DNA of 64,000 nt, from positions 22,196,001 to 22,260,000 of the forward strand of contig OX597814.1 of the NCBI GenBank assembly GCA_951406725.2, read 5' to 3'. The DNA is from Octopus vulgaris (taxonomy: Eukaryota). The position numbers were made by a program, and so were the translations under genes. Below the pieces are notes generated by a model. The model searched no databases, had not been told where the DNA came from, and saw nothing but the letters and a program-made list of their open reading frames with translations. Positions within the stretch are counted from its first letter, which is position 1, and every line of letters starts with the position of its first letter. Shown here piece by piece: positions 27,057-40,518 of the stretch.

Positions 27057-27379
27057 CCCCCTTCGGTCATGAATGACCATGGGATTGCACCTAGAAAGTT
27101 ACCCTCCTAGACACAAGTCCGGGCAAGGTTGTTTATGGAAGACCAGCAGTCGCCCATGCATACCGGCCTCCCCTCTCCACGCCACCAGTGTTATCCAAGG
27201 GAAAGACAAAGGTCGATACAGCTTGGCACCAGTGACGTCGCAACTCATTTCTACAGCTGAGTGAACTGGAGCAACGTGAAATAAAGTGCCTTGCTCAAGA
27301 ACACAATACCCAGCCCGGTCCGGGATTCGAGTTCACAACCTCACGATCGTAAGCTCGACGCTCTAACCACTGAGCCATG
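27054..27379 (-). mobile_element. tRNA-derived SINE family B, near full length, between (TA)n tracts
   Basis: Reverse complement begins ATGGCTCAGTGGTTAGAGC (A-box), has GAACTCGAATCCCGG (B-box) and a CORE/V-like TTGAGCAAGGCACTT, and ends ...CATGACCGAAGGGGTC. Confidence 0.85.
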
Positions 27380-27380
27380 A

Positions 27381-27515
<135 letters not shown>

Positions 27516-27952
27516 ATGTATGTATGTATATATATGTATATGCGTTTTTATATCTTGTGTCGATTTATTGGTGGTGAGTATAAAACTTTGTAAAGTTTTA
27601 GACTGGTTTTTCCGAGCAAAAGTCCTTTTGGTGGTACATGTTTCGTCCAATCCAAGCTACAATGTTAGTCTCTTGTCACCTTCAGGATGAAGTGAACCGA
27701 CGATCGATCGATTACTAGCTGGAAAGGTTAAATCAACATCGCCGTTGGTCACATAATAAATTATAAAATAGTAATTAAATAATAAAATTAAATAATTAAT
27801 AGATAAACAAACAATAAATATTAAATTTCTAAATATCTCATAGAGATATGTACGGTGGTGGGGCGATAGAATGGTTGTATACTGTCAATTTAACGTGACA
27901 AGCCAATACCTACCATCACAATTAGGGCAGTTCGAAAATGTTTAGAGTTCTG

Positions 27953-28170
27953 CACGTTCTTTTGTACTCTAGGCACAAGGCCTGAATATTTTGTGGAGGA
28001 GGCCTGTCGATTAGATCGATCCCAGTACGCAACTGGTACTTAATTTATCGACCCCGAAGGGATGAAAGGCAAAGTCACTCTCGGCGGAATTTGAACTCAG
28101 AACGTAAAGACAGACGAAATACCGCTACGCATTTCGCCCAGCGTGCTAACGTTTTTGCTAGCTCTCTGCC
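27953..28170 (-). mobile_element. SINE family A, tail type 2, with 11-bp TSD
   Basis: TTAGAGTTCTG at 27942-27952 and 28171-28181 flanks a reverse-complemented head, core and tail. Confidence 0.8.
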
Positions 28171-28987
28171 TTAGAGTTCTGTATATCACTACCATGAGTC
28201 TGCAACAGCGAAATAGTTGAAACGTCAGCGGTACTAACTTCAAATTTCTGTGTTCTGACTTCAAATCCTGGTGAAATTAATGTTTCCTTTCAACCTTTCG
28301 GGGTCGATAATGTGAGTAGACTTGTTAGAGCATCAGGCGGGATGCAGTGTAGCGTCTGTTCCGGCCAAAGTTTACCCCGTCAGTAGATAAAAACCCAATG
28401 GATGCACAGCTTTCTTGGTTCGATCAGAAGATCAACTGTAATCCACCACTTCCACCACCACACCGCCCATCATCCCCCTATCACCATCACTAGCACTATC
28501 ATCATACACCCCACCACCACGATGTCCGGAGTTAGGTTTTTCTTTTTCTTTGAATTTCGAAGAGATATGCACATCAGCAGGACAGCTGACCTGTATGATG
28601 GTACATAATTTTCTCCTCTGTTTCAAACAATAGTATCCGACTTGTTATGTTTACACTTGTCAGATGTTTTGATGAGTTCCACCAATTTGTTGTGCTAATG
28701 TTTCTGCATGTATTCAATAACAGCGGGTTTCTTTATATTTATTCCGCTACCACCTCTTTTTCCCCGAATAGCACTGTATACTGTTTTAGTGACAACAGCG
28801 TGTCACGTTGGGAGGTCGTACTTTGACATTTTTGGGCAGCTGTTAATCACATGTGTGATGTCTTCCACAGAAATATGACATAATCTTACATTTCCGGTTG
28901 CATGTTGGAGTTTCAAGGGTTTTTTTGTCTCTATTGTTTTCTAGGCATTTCGAGTAATCGCTTGTTCTTAATTGCAAGGCCTTCGAA

Positions 28988-29374
28988 GGCAGCGAGCTGG
29001 CAGAAACATTAGCACACCGGGTAAAATGCTTAGCGGTATTTCGTCTGCCGCTACGTTCTGAGTTCAAATTCCGCCGAGGTCGACTTTGCCGTTCATCCTT
29101 TCGGGGTCGATAAATTAAGTACCAGTTACGCACTGGGTCGATATAATCGACTTAATCCGTTTGTCTGTCCTTGTTTGTCCTCTCTATGTTTAGCACCTTG
29201 TGGGTAGTAAAGAAATAGGTATTTCGTCTGCCGTTACGTTCTGAGTTCAAATTCCGCCGAGGTCGACTTTGCCTTTCATCCTTTCGAGGTCGATAAATTA
29301 AGTACCAGTTATGCACTGTCCTTGTTTGTTCCATCTATGTTTAGCCTCTTGTGGGCAATAAAGAAATAAGAAAT
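28988..29374 (+). mobile_element. SINE family A tandem dimer
   Basis: Head, core and tail, then AAGAAATAGGTATTTCGTCTGCCG, followed by a second core and tail. Confidence 0.8.
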
Positions 29375-29389
29375 ATCATACTCACACAT

Positions 29390-29586
29390 AGTCGTGCCGG
29401 TGGCATGTAAAAGCACCCACTACACTCTCAGAGTGGTTGGTGTTAGGAAGGGCATCCAGCTGTAGAAACTATGCCAGATCAGATTGGAGTCTGGTGCAGT
29501 CATCTGGTTCACCAGACCTCAGTCAAATCATCCAACCCATGCTAGCATGGAAAGCGCATGTTAAACGATGATGATGATGATGATGA
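29390..29586 (+). mobile_element. RTE-type LINE 3' UTR fragment ending in (GAT)n
   Basis: GTGCCGGTGGCATGTAAAAGCACC...GGTTGGTGTTAGGAAGGGCATCCAGC...CCAACCCATGCTAGCATGGAAA...GATGATG. The same sequence follows the RTE ORF ends at ~32800 and ~44400. Confidence 0.8.
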
Positions 29587-31744
29587 ATTGTAGTAAATCT
29601 TATGTTATATAAAAATTATCACAAAATTATGGAATAAATAACCTCTCTTGAAATTTAAGGCTGGGATTCATTATAATTTCATTGGAAATGCTTCCTCTCC
29701 AAATGCATATAAATCAGAACACTACAATAAAGATGTTTCAATAAGAATCATCTCTGTTATTTTATCTCAAAGCTGTGGAAATAATTCCAGCAATATGTAC
29801 TCTAAAATATATTTAAACACTTCTATAGAACATTTATCAGACCTTCAATCAACAACTGCCATATAAATATTGACTTTTCTCTTGCAATGGCACCAAACTC
29901 GATAAAGGTAGGAGTGAAACAGTTTAGATGACCTGAAATATCTAGGCTAGAGTTTTGAAAAGAAGTGACAGGAATAGGGTTGGAATACAACAATGGTCAA
30001 AATAGAACACAGATTTGGAAGTATTCATCAATGACTAACCACTAAGTATGTGTAGCATTGTAGAATGGTCTGAGATCAATGGCATCATAGAAGAGAAGAA
30101 AATAAAAGGGAAAAAAAAAACAGAATGGAATTTTAAAATTTAAATTTTATATTTAGAAGGTATCAAAATGTTTGAGATATCACAAATTTATTGGAGGACT
30201 GATGTAATTAATATATTTTTATGAGAATCAGTCAAAATTTTATCAATAAGTCAATCACATTCTGAAACTTTAAAGACAAGATGATGGGAGTAGAGAAAGG
30301 TGTTGCAACAAACTATGTACATCTTACAAACCGAACAAAGAAACCTCTAAAGGATAGGAAATTCAGTCTCTTGATGGGATGCATAATACAAATAGCATAT
30401 ATGCTTGTATAATGACATGCAGATCCATTTAATCATGGACCAAGTAAAAGTGGTTAAAAAATGAAGTTATGACTGTACTGTTATTCTTTATTTGATATTG
30501 CAGCTTGTGAATAAACAGTGCCATTAATTTACTTACATTTCCAGCAGATTTTTTTTGGTTTAAAGTAATCAAGTGTGCTTTTATGCATGGCATGTATGTG
30601 AAGATAGTAATAGAAAGAGATAGCTTTGGAGGCGATTTATTGAGTGTTTGAAATGTAGATTTGAATGCAAATTAAGTAGAAAGTGTGATGAGGGATATTT
30701 CTCTATGGGAGTACTAATTATAGACACATCATGGTTGAGAAGGAGATTTCACAAAGTTGGTATTTATCTGTTTCACCAAAGGGATCGGCTTAGTTTATAA
30801 AGCAAGAGAGATTGTAACATTGCATAGAAGCATTTTGGCTTCACAGTCTTGCAAAAGCTTCAGTGCTCAGTAAAAGCTACCCAGTGGTGGATCATATTCT
30901 CCAAGTGTTTGAGGTCATGTTCTTTGCCTGATCTGCTTCAATGTTGTAGCAATAAGTGGGCCACTTGAGAGATTTGTGACTTACAGTTATGTGTGGGATG
31001 GCAAAGAAGATATTAGTTATCTGGCTATATTAGTTATCTGACACACAAGCAATCCATTCACAAAGACAAGGACACTCACCATATGATAAATTGATAAGAA
31101 ACATTTACACACTCACACCTCTTGCAGAATCCACATTGCACACTTACACAGATGCATGTGAATGCACATGCAAGCATACAAGTGCTTACACACACACATT
31201 CTTTATTGTACACTTAGAGAATCCACATCCTGCCACACATACATGCACATGCACCCACACAACACAAACACATGCATTCTCTGTCTCAGACATTCTCACT
31301 CACATCCCCATAAATATAAATATTGACATTATAAACTAGGAGATAAACAGACTGGCAGTAGAAAGGAAGCATGTCATTGATAAGGGTGAAAATGCCATCA
31401 AAAAAGACTTTGATAAACCTAACTGACCAATTAATCATTGATTCATTATTGAGCTGCTTCTAAGAATTTGAATTTATTCTATATGTGCAACATTATTGCC
31501 AATAAGCAAATAGTTTTCATACTATTCAACTGGAAATCTATCCTCTGACCTCTATCGGATGTCTCTCCCATGAACACCTCCAAAGGCTTAATGTTACCCC
31601 ATCCCTATTTAGGGCTTATCTCCTATGTAATGTAGTGATTATGTAGTGCATAAAAATGATTGTGTAGTATATGCAGGCTGAAGGCCATTGTATGTTTATG
31701 AGTTCTGCCAAATGCGAGCTCTCTTTTCAGCTACATGACACTAC

Positions 31745-33090
31745 TGTTCTCCACCCCAGGGTCTCACAGGCCCACACCTCCCACACCCTAAGCGTTGGCA
31801 TACTTAATGTTGGCACACTGAAAGGTAGGTCTGGTGAGATTGTTGAGATGCTTGAACAGAGACGTGTATATTTGTGCTGCATCCAAGAAGTAAGGTGGAG
31901 AGGAAGTTCTGCTAGGTTCCTCACAGGCAAAGAACATAAGTATAAGATTTTCTGGGCAGAGAACACTGATGGAGTCAGGGGCATGGGTATACTTCTTGCA
32001 GAGAAATGGGTTGATAAGATAATCGAGGTAGTCAGAGTCTGTAATAGAATACTTATGATTAGATTAGTGCTGCAAAATGGGTTCGCAACCATTATCTTGG
32101 CCTATGCCCCTCAGCCGGGGGCTACCATATGAACAGAAAGACCGATTTTATTACACCCTCTTGCAGACTACCTAGTCAACAAATGAGATAGGGACCTTCT
32201 CTTTGTGGCTGGTGACTTCAAAAGGCATGTTGGACAACTTACAGGGGGCTTCCATGGAGGCTATGGCTTTGGTTCCTGCAATGAGGAGGGAACCAGGCTG
32301 CTGGAGTTCCACATTGCAAATGATCTTATGGTTTGTAATACTAACTTCAGGAAACCTGCCAGTCACCTATTCACCTATGCATACACGACAGAGTGTAAGT
32401 GCCCTGAGAGAAAAGTTGGACCTAAGAAGCATCAGATGTGGTGTGCAAGAGAGACGACTGTGCTGGTATGGTCATGTGCTGCATATGGATGAGGACAGCT
32501 GTGTGGAAAAAGTGTCACACCCTAGCAGTTGAGGGTACCTGTGGAAGAGGTAGCCCCAGGAAGAACTGGAATGAAGTAGTGAAGCACAACCTTCAAACGT
32601 TGGACCTCACCAAGGTGATGACAAGTGACTGAGACCTTTGGAGACGTTGTGCTTGTGAAGACCTGGCAAGCCAAGTGAGACTGTAACTGTGGCCTATACC
32701 AGTGCAACATAACCAGCCCATTTAAGAGTATCTTTCAATCATTGGGCAATAAACTGCACTTGCGAAGACTTGTTGAAGCAAGTGAAATCGTTGTTGTGGC
32801 TGATGACAGTACCACCTGATTGGCACTCATGCCGGTAGCATGTAAAAAGCACCATTCGAGCATGGTCATTGCCAGTGCCACCTCACTGGTCCTCATGTTG
32901 GTGGCACATAAAAAGCACCCACTACACTCTCAGAGTGGCTGGCATTAGGAAGGGCAACCAGCTGTAGAAACTTTGCCAGATTAGATTGGAGCCTGGTGCA
33001 GCCTTCTGGCTTGCCAGCCCTCAGTCAAACCATTCAACCCATGCCAGGGTGGAAAGTGGACGTTAAATGACGACGAGGATTATGATGATG
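31745..33090 (+). mobile_element. Internally deleted RTE-clade LINE
   Basis: APE motifs (TLSVGILNVGTL, CIQEVRW, AYAPQ, AGDF, TNFRK) are joined at ~32378 to the ORF C-terminus (RRLCWYGHVLHMD, GRGSPRKNW), followed by the 3' UTR and a (GAT)n tail. Confidence 0.85.
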
Positions 33091-33430
33091 ACTATTTATA
33101 TATACATTTCAGGCTGGGAACTTCTATTTTGTTTCAGAAGTAGGGTGAATACACAGCATTGATAAGCATCAGATGTGGTGTGCAAGAGAGACGACTGTGC
33201 TGGCAAAATCAGTATCTCTCAGTCTTGTTTACTCACAGAGCTGTTTTGTTTTACCTAGCTTTGAAGTATATTGCATTTTTTAACTCGATATATCTTTAAA
33301 GGGATCTTTCTCAGACAGAAGAACATAGCTTGGGCATTTTAACAACACACATACATTAAGTATGAATTACTGATTATATGTACATTATTAAGCTGCTTCT
33401 AACACATAATTTGAATGTGTGTATGCATGC

Positions 33431-34230
33431 ATCATCATCATCATCATCACCATCTTCATCATTTGACGTTGATTTTCCATGCTAGCATGGGTTGGATAGT
33501 TTGACAAGAACAAGCAAGTCAGAGTTTCTACAGCTGGATGCCCTTCCTAACACCAACCACTCTGTGAGTGTAGTGGGTGCTTTTTATGCACCACCAGCAC
33601 AGGAGTCAGAGGAGACTGGCAACGGCCACAATTAGTTGGTGCTTTTTACGTGCCACCGGCACGGAAGCCAGTTAAGGCGGCACTGGCATCAGCCACATTC
33701 AGATGGTGCTTTTTATGTGCCACCAGCACAGGTATCACAACTACAATTTCCATTTGATTTTAATTTTGATGTTGATGTACTTGACTCAATAGGTCTCCTC
33801 AAGCACAGCAGGCCGCCTAACGATCCAAGGTAAGCACAGCAGGTTGTCCTACGATCCAAGGTACTTTTGAATGGGCTGGGTCTGGTTATGTGAAACTGGT
33901 ATAGGATACAGCTATGAACTCACTTTATTTGTCAAGTCTTCACAGTCCCAGCATATCTCCAGAGGGCTTGGTCTTTTGTCATTGCCTCTGTGAGGCCCAA
34001 TGTTCAAAGGTCATGCTTGACCACCTCACCTCATGTCTTCCTGGGTCTACCTCTACCCCGGATTCCTTCAACTGTTTGGGAGTAGCACTTCTTTACACAT
34101 CTCTCCTCATCCATCCATAGTACATGACCAAACCAGCGCAAACATCTCTCTTGCATGCCACATCCGATGCTTCTTATATCCAACATTTCTCTCAGGGCAC
34201 TTACACGCTGTCGGATGTGTGACATTACAC
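33431..34230 (-). mobile_element. 5'-truncated RTE LINE (ORF C-terminus plus 3' UTR)
   Basis: ORF 34031-34225 RCLRWFGHVLWMD..GRGRPRKT, followed by the shared 3' UTR and (CAT)n. Confidence 0.8.
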
Positions 34231-34699
34231 TTCAGAGCATTTTCAATGTGCTCCTTGGAGCATCCAACAAGACTCAGCACCATCCAACAGCTTCAAACAG
34301 ATACAACACTGGATTCAGAAAAGCATTCTGTCATTCATAGGCAAGGATCCATGGCCCTCAAGAAGCCCCAATCTCAACCAATTAGATTTTTCTGTTAGAT
34401 CCATTTTGGAGACAAGGGTCTTGATCACTCCTCATACTTTGCTCAACACACTGAAGATGAAACTGCACTAGGAATTGGCTTCAATTCCACATGAACAGCT
34501 GTGTGCCATGTGTGAAGCATTCACACCTAGGCTGTGATTCGAAACAGAGGTGGTCATATCGAATAAATGTGGTAGTGTCATAATTGTGTATCCTTTACCA
34601 TTGCTTTGCAATGCTCAGACCCAAAATATAACAATATTTTGCTTTGGCAAAATTGAAAAAAATTGGTTGCCTTAATTTTGGGACAACCTGTATATATAT

Positions 34700-34791
<92 letters not shown>

Positions 34792-35882
34792 CCTCCCTCT
34801 CTCTTTCTATCAATAAAAAAATTACTGCAATGTTGGGAGCAGCACCTGCTCTATATGTGATTGATTAATTATCAGTCATTTGATTGTCTGTAATCTTTTT
34901 TGCTAATTGTAAGTGGCTTGATGGCTTAATTAACCATCAAGCAACTGAGTTAATTGCCAGTTGTCTTAAACTTCCTTCAAGGTCAGCTGTTTTCAGATTT
35001 GAATAACTGTGAAGAATGAATAACCAAGACATTAGCTTTCACTGAAGAAGTGACTAGATTTTATATGCATTCAGTTTTGCGTGGTAATATTTTAAGAGAA
35101 GAGAATACTTTGGTCCTAGAAAGTTACTTATGGAACAAAGGTTTCTGATGTAATATGGGTTAATGGCTCATCAGTTTCAGGTATATGGGAATTACTAATG
35201 GAAGAAACTAACACACATTGATATTTTATGGACGCATGTAGACATTAATGAGGTAAGCCTAATTCTTAAAACTAAATAACCTCTTACATCTACAGCCAAT
35301 CTAAAGGAACTTCTATGTGGTCGTTTAACCTGCAAAAAATAGCAAGTAAATTCTCTTCAAACCATACCTTACAGTCTTTAAACAGATTGAAATATTGGAT
35401 AATATAGCCCTAGTTAAATTGTTTGATAATTAGATGAGATGGTCATGGGTAGGACGATCTAATCTGAACTGACTAAAATTTAGACATCTAATAATTTTCT
35501 TAAAAACTGAATTAAAAGTGTTTAAGTATTCTGTACCTATGGCTATCAGTGCCTCCTCTCTCAATAATATTCTGGAGATCATCTCGAACAGTTCACATTT
35601 GTTTAACTTAGCTTCTCATATCTCTTCTCTTTCTTTTCCTTATTCTGTATTTACTCATATCTGATCTCTCTATATCTAATGAGAGGGAGAGAGAGATAGA
35701 TAGAGATATACATACATGGTTTACAGTGTAAAAGTGCATAAAGAAGGCAGAAGCAAAAAAGGCAAGTATTTTGAAGGCAGCAACCTGGCAGAATCGTTAG
35801 CATGCCAGGCGAAATTGATGGATTGTGTTACTTAAGTAATTCAATTCGCAGTGGTAGTGGATGTTCTAAAAACATTGTAATC

Positions 35883-35928
<46 letters not shown>

Positions 35929-36057
35929 CATGTGTATAAGAAGGGATGTAATATAATTTTTCTGAATTTTCAGATTTTTCTATATGCTAGGCTACTGGTT
36001 TTAAATTGATGTTGATTAAATTAATATTCAGTTTATCACCCTCATTATTTAAATTAT

Positions 36058-36096
<39 letters not shown>

Positions 36097-36789
36097 CATA
36101 CATGGTTTACAGTGTAACCTGGAGAGTGAACAAGAGAGAGGGTGGTGTTAAGTAAGTTTGCTTTGTAGTTTCTAATTTACACCATAGTTTTTTTTGTAAT
36201 TTCAGTTAAAAATTTGAGGGCAGAATGATTTGCTGTTGTTGTTTGATCTAGGTCAACACCAATCAGGTACACCTCATGGCTGAAGGCATTCAACCATAAC
36301 CAGTCTTTTAGGATTGTATTGGTTTACATTATTCAATGTATCCTCTCTATATTTAACATAATAAAATGCAACAAAGGAGATTTGGTTACTCTTTCAAGCT
36401 GGTTCAATAAAACAACCACTGAGTGGGATGGATTACTCAACCAGAGGAAAATTCTAACTGACCCCCCCCCCTGCAAGGTCATGTGCTGTTTATCTTGATA
36501 TGAGATCATCATGTCACACACATATGGTTGTGATGAATGTCCCTAGTGTACCCTTATCAGACGGGTAGTCATGATGTGTGTACTGGGCTTCGTATATTTT
36601 ATCCCAGTGTCACTTTGATGGCATGCACTGCTCTCTCACTCAATAATACCTGGTCTTTATACATTACACTTTGGTCACCAATGTATTTATTCATAGCAAC
36701 ACTTTTTGTTAGCTACAGTCATACTCTATGTATTCAAAGAATGCTTTATTGAAACCTGACGACATAAATATGTCCCTAATTACATAGCT

Positions 36790-37086
36790 GGAGGCACAAT
36801 GGCCCAATGGTTAGGGCAGCGGACTCGTGGTTGAAGGATCACAGTTTCGATTACCAGACAGGGCGTTGTGTGTGTTCATTGAGCAAAAACATCTAAAGCT
36901 CCATGAGGCTCCGACAGGGGGTGGTAGTGATCCCTGTTGTACTCTTTCGCCATAACTTTCTCTCACTCTCTCTTCCTGTTTCTTGAGTAATGCTGTGATG
37001 GACTGGCATCTCATCCAGCTGGGGGGAACACATATACCACAGAGACCAGGAAACTAGGCTTGAAAAGGGCACATAAATAAAAAAAA
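36790..37086 (+). mobile_element. tRNA-derived SINE family D (V-domain-like), with 12-bp TSD
   Basis: A-box TGGCCCAATGG, B-box-like GTTTCGATTACC, V-like CTGTGATGGACTGGCATCTCATCCAG and an A-rich tail. TSD AATTACATAGCT at 36778-36789 and 37087-37098. Confidence 0.75.
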
Positions 37087-37680
37087 AATTACATAGCTAA
37101 AATAGCCATTTGATAAAAATAGGGATAACTACACACCACACTGGGATAACATTCTAACATCACACAATAAAAACTCAGCTTCCAGAAAATACAATAAATA
37201 AATGTAAAAAACTAGCAAACGTTTTTATCGTACATAAGCCACAAAATAAACAGTGAGACACTGTTCGAAGTAATTAACAGCATTAATAACAGCCATCCCT
37301 TCATTTTTTTCCTGCTTTGCAAATTACTTTATAATCTCACAAGTGCTTGTAGCACAAGAGCAGCACTCAGTGCTGACTGTAAGGTGGTTGGCATTAGGAA
37401 GGCATCCAGCTGAAGAAGTACGCTAAATCTGATGCTGAAGCTCGACACAGCCCTGCCTCTCCCCAGACCCAACCAAACTGTTCAACCCATGACAACATGG
37501 AAAACAGATGTTAAATAATGATGATTGATGATGATACTACATCACATATCTTAATAACCACCACAAATAACATGCTCAAGCAACAACAGAAAGTAAACCC
37601 ACTAATCAAACACCCTTCCCAAAATAAGACACCAAAAACTGCATAAAGAAGGCAGAAGCATAAAAGGCAAGTATTTTGAA

Positions 37681-37908
37681 GGCAGTGAGCTGGCAGAATC
37701 GTTAGCATGCCGGGCGAAATGCTTAGCGGTATTTTGTTACATTCTGAGTTCAAATTGCGCTGAGGTCGACTTTGCCTTTCATCCTTTCGGGGTCGATAAA
37801 TAAAGTACCAGTTATGCACTGGGGTCGATGTAATCGACTTAATACCTTTGTCTGTCCTTGTTTGTCCCCTCTATGTTTAGCTCCTTGTGGGAAATAAAGA
37901 AATAAGAA
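37681..37908 (+). mobile_element. SINE family A copy (tail type 1)
   Basis: GGCAGTGAGCTGGCAGAATCGTTAGC...GAGTTCAAATTGC...core...GAAATAAAGAAATAAG. Confidence 0.85.
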
Positions 37909-38801
37909 TCATAAAAGGCAAGACACACACCTCCGATCTAGATTGTGACTTTTAACACTTCCTTTCATAATACACCTGGAAAGCAAGAAGGAAGCCCCAA
38001 ACTTCACAATCCTCAAAGATTAGCTAACAAACATGGCTGTGCAGGTAAGAAGTTTGCTTTACAACCACATGGTTTTGGTTTTAGTCCCACTGTGCACCAT
38101 CATGGGCAAGTATCTTCTACTATAACCCCAAGCTGACTAACACCTTGTCAGTGAATTTGGTAGATAGAAAATGTGTAGAGCACTGTCATATACATCATCA
38201 TCATCATCATTTGACTTTCATTTTCCATGATGGCATGGGTTGGATGGAATGACAGGAGTTGGCAAGGCTAGGAGCTGCACAAGGTCCCATAATTTGCTTT
38301 GGCCTAGTTTCTACACTGGATGCCCTTCCCAGTACCAACCAGCACCACACACATACACATGCATGCATGTGTATGTATCTTTGTGTTTGTCCCCTCCACT
38401 GTTTGATAACCTGTGATTTAGCAATAAGGACCAATAGAGTAAGTACCAGATTTAAAAATACCAGTACTGGGGTTGATTTGTTCTACTAAACCCATCAGAG
38501 CAGTACCCCAGCATGGTCACACTTTCATGAATGAAACTAGTAACAGATGAAAGGACTCTTCTACCATCAGTGAAATGGACATGCTTGAGATGCATAAGAT
38601 ATGATGTCCCCAATGTAAAACAGATGTAGTGAGATCACAGGCAGGCTAACTGAGAAGGGAGATGAATATGTGGCAGATGAATGGAAGCAATAAACACTAA
38701 GAACACATTGAAATAGGTTCTTTCAAATAAATGGACAATCACAATCCTCTAAAAGAAATTGATGGATTGTGTTACTTAAGTAATTCAATTCACAGTGGTA
38801 G

Positions 38802-39000
<199 letters not shown>

Positions 39001-39279
39001 TGCAGAAAAAACGCACTAAGGATTGAAAGAGGTAGTATAAGTCATAGGCAAAGTGAAATACTCCCTGAACCCATCATAAACACTAAGACAGATGAACATC
39101 AAATAGATGAAGAAAGTAACACAAATATTGACCCAACAGAACTACATGAGCTAAAAAATCAAATCATGATTGAATGGCTGAAAATTAAAGAAACCAGTAT
39201 GGATGAACGAGATACACTCCCAAAAATCCGCAGCTCTAATCAAAACATGAAAATAATTGGTAAAATCCGCCAAATCGAA

Positions 39280-39680
39280 ATCGATCAACATCAATGGAAT
39301 TTGTAGCTGTGATACCAGTGCCAGTGGTACGTAAGAGAACCATCCGAACGTGGCCGTTGCCAGCGCCGCCCCGAGTGGCCTTGTGCTGGTGACACGTAAA
39401 AAGCACCATCCGATCGTGGCCATTGCCAGCCTCGCCTGGCCCCCGTGCCGGTGGCATGTAAAAAGCACCATCTGATCGTGGCCGTTTGCCAGCCTCGTCT
39501 GGCATGTAAAAGCACCCACTACACTCACAGAGTGGTTGGCGTTAGGAAGGGCATCCAGCCGTAGAAACATTGCCAGATCTGACTGGGCCTGGTGAAGCCT
39601 TCTGGCCTTCCAGACTCCAGTTGAACCGTCCAACCCATGCTAGCATGGAAAGCGGATGCTAAACGATGATGCTGATGATA
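39280..39680 (+). mobile_element. RTE 3' UTR fragment with ~3 minisatellite units
   Basis: Repeated GTGCCGGTGGCAYGTAAAAAGCACCATCYGATCGTGGCC units, then the conserved UTR end. Confidence 0.8.
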
Positions 39681-40518
39681 GAGGTTCTCTAGATGGTTCA
39701 AATTAATACTGTTTGTAACTCCTTATATGGTCAGTTGTAAGTGGAGGGAAAAGTTATAATGATTGGTTGAACGCTGCAAGAATAGAGATAGAGTCTGTTG
39801 TCTGATATATTATTGTACTTATTTCATAGAATAAAGAATTGCATGTAACAAAACAATGGGGCTATTTGCTAATCAATGAGCAATATCTTGACCTCACAGT
39901 TCAGGGAGAGACAAATGAGAAAATATGAAGATTGTGTTGGGGTGGGGGTGGAGGCAGATAAAGTAAAAAAAAAAGTAAGTGAAAATGTGTGAGAAGTTGA
40001 ACAGTTTAAATAAGAAATGCAAATATTACAGTGAACATCATTGTAATATTTACGAGCATTTGTAGATGTCTAAGCTACATCATCATCATCATCATCATCA
40101 TCATCATTACCATCATCATTATCACTGTTTTAATGTCAACTTTTTTATGCTTGCATGGGTCAGATGAGCATATGTTGGAGCAAAGTTGTGCACATTCGGA
40201 TGCCCTTCCTGATACCAACTCCAACCTGTTTCCAAATGTGATAATAATCTCTCAGTTTATTTAACAAGAAGCAGCTTGGGTATGGTGGAAATAAATGACA
40301 CCATATGAATGAACTGTTTGTTTACAGACAAAAGAGAAACTATATAGCCAGTGTGATGTGGGGGGTTGCAGAGAAAGAGAGAAACAAAAAGAAGGTGAAA
40401 GAGCATGAGAAATTGAACAGTTTAAATAAGAAATGCAAATTTTTGTAATTGTAATGCAAATACTGCAGAAAACGCGATTGTAATATTTACGTGCATATGC
40501 AGATGTATGCAAATATTT

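Noticed and set aside
27300-27379. tRNA-like sequences with A/B boxes (also other SINE heads)
   Set aside because: They continue into SINE bodies, often with TSDs; not functional tRNA genes.
34655-34693. TTTTGGGACAACCTGTA, resembling a Tc1/mariner TIR end
   Set aside because: No partner TIR was found, so no element could be delimited.
35181-35251. Exon-like segments with AG and GTAAG boundaries (also 44876-44948)
   Set aside because: Stops in all three frames. They could only be non-coding exons, which the sequence alone cannot support.
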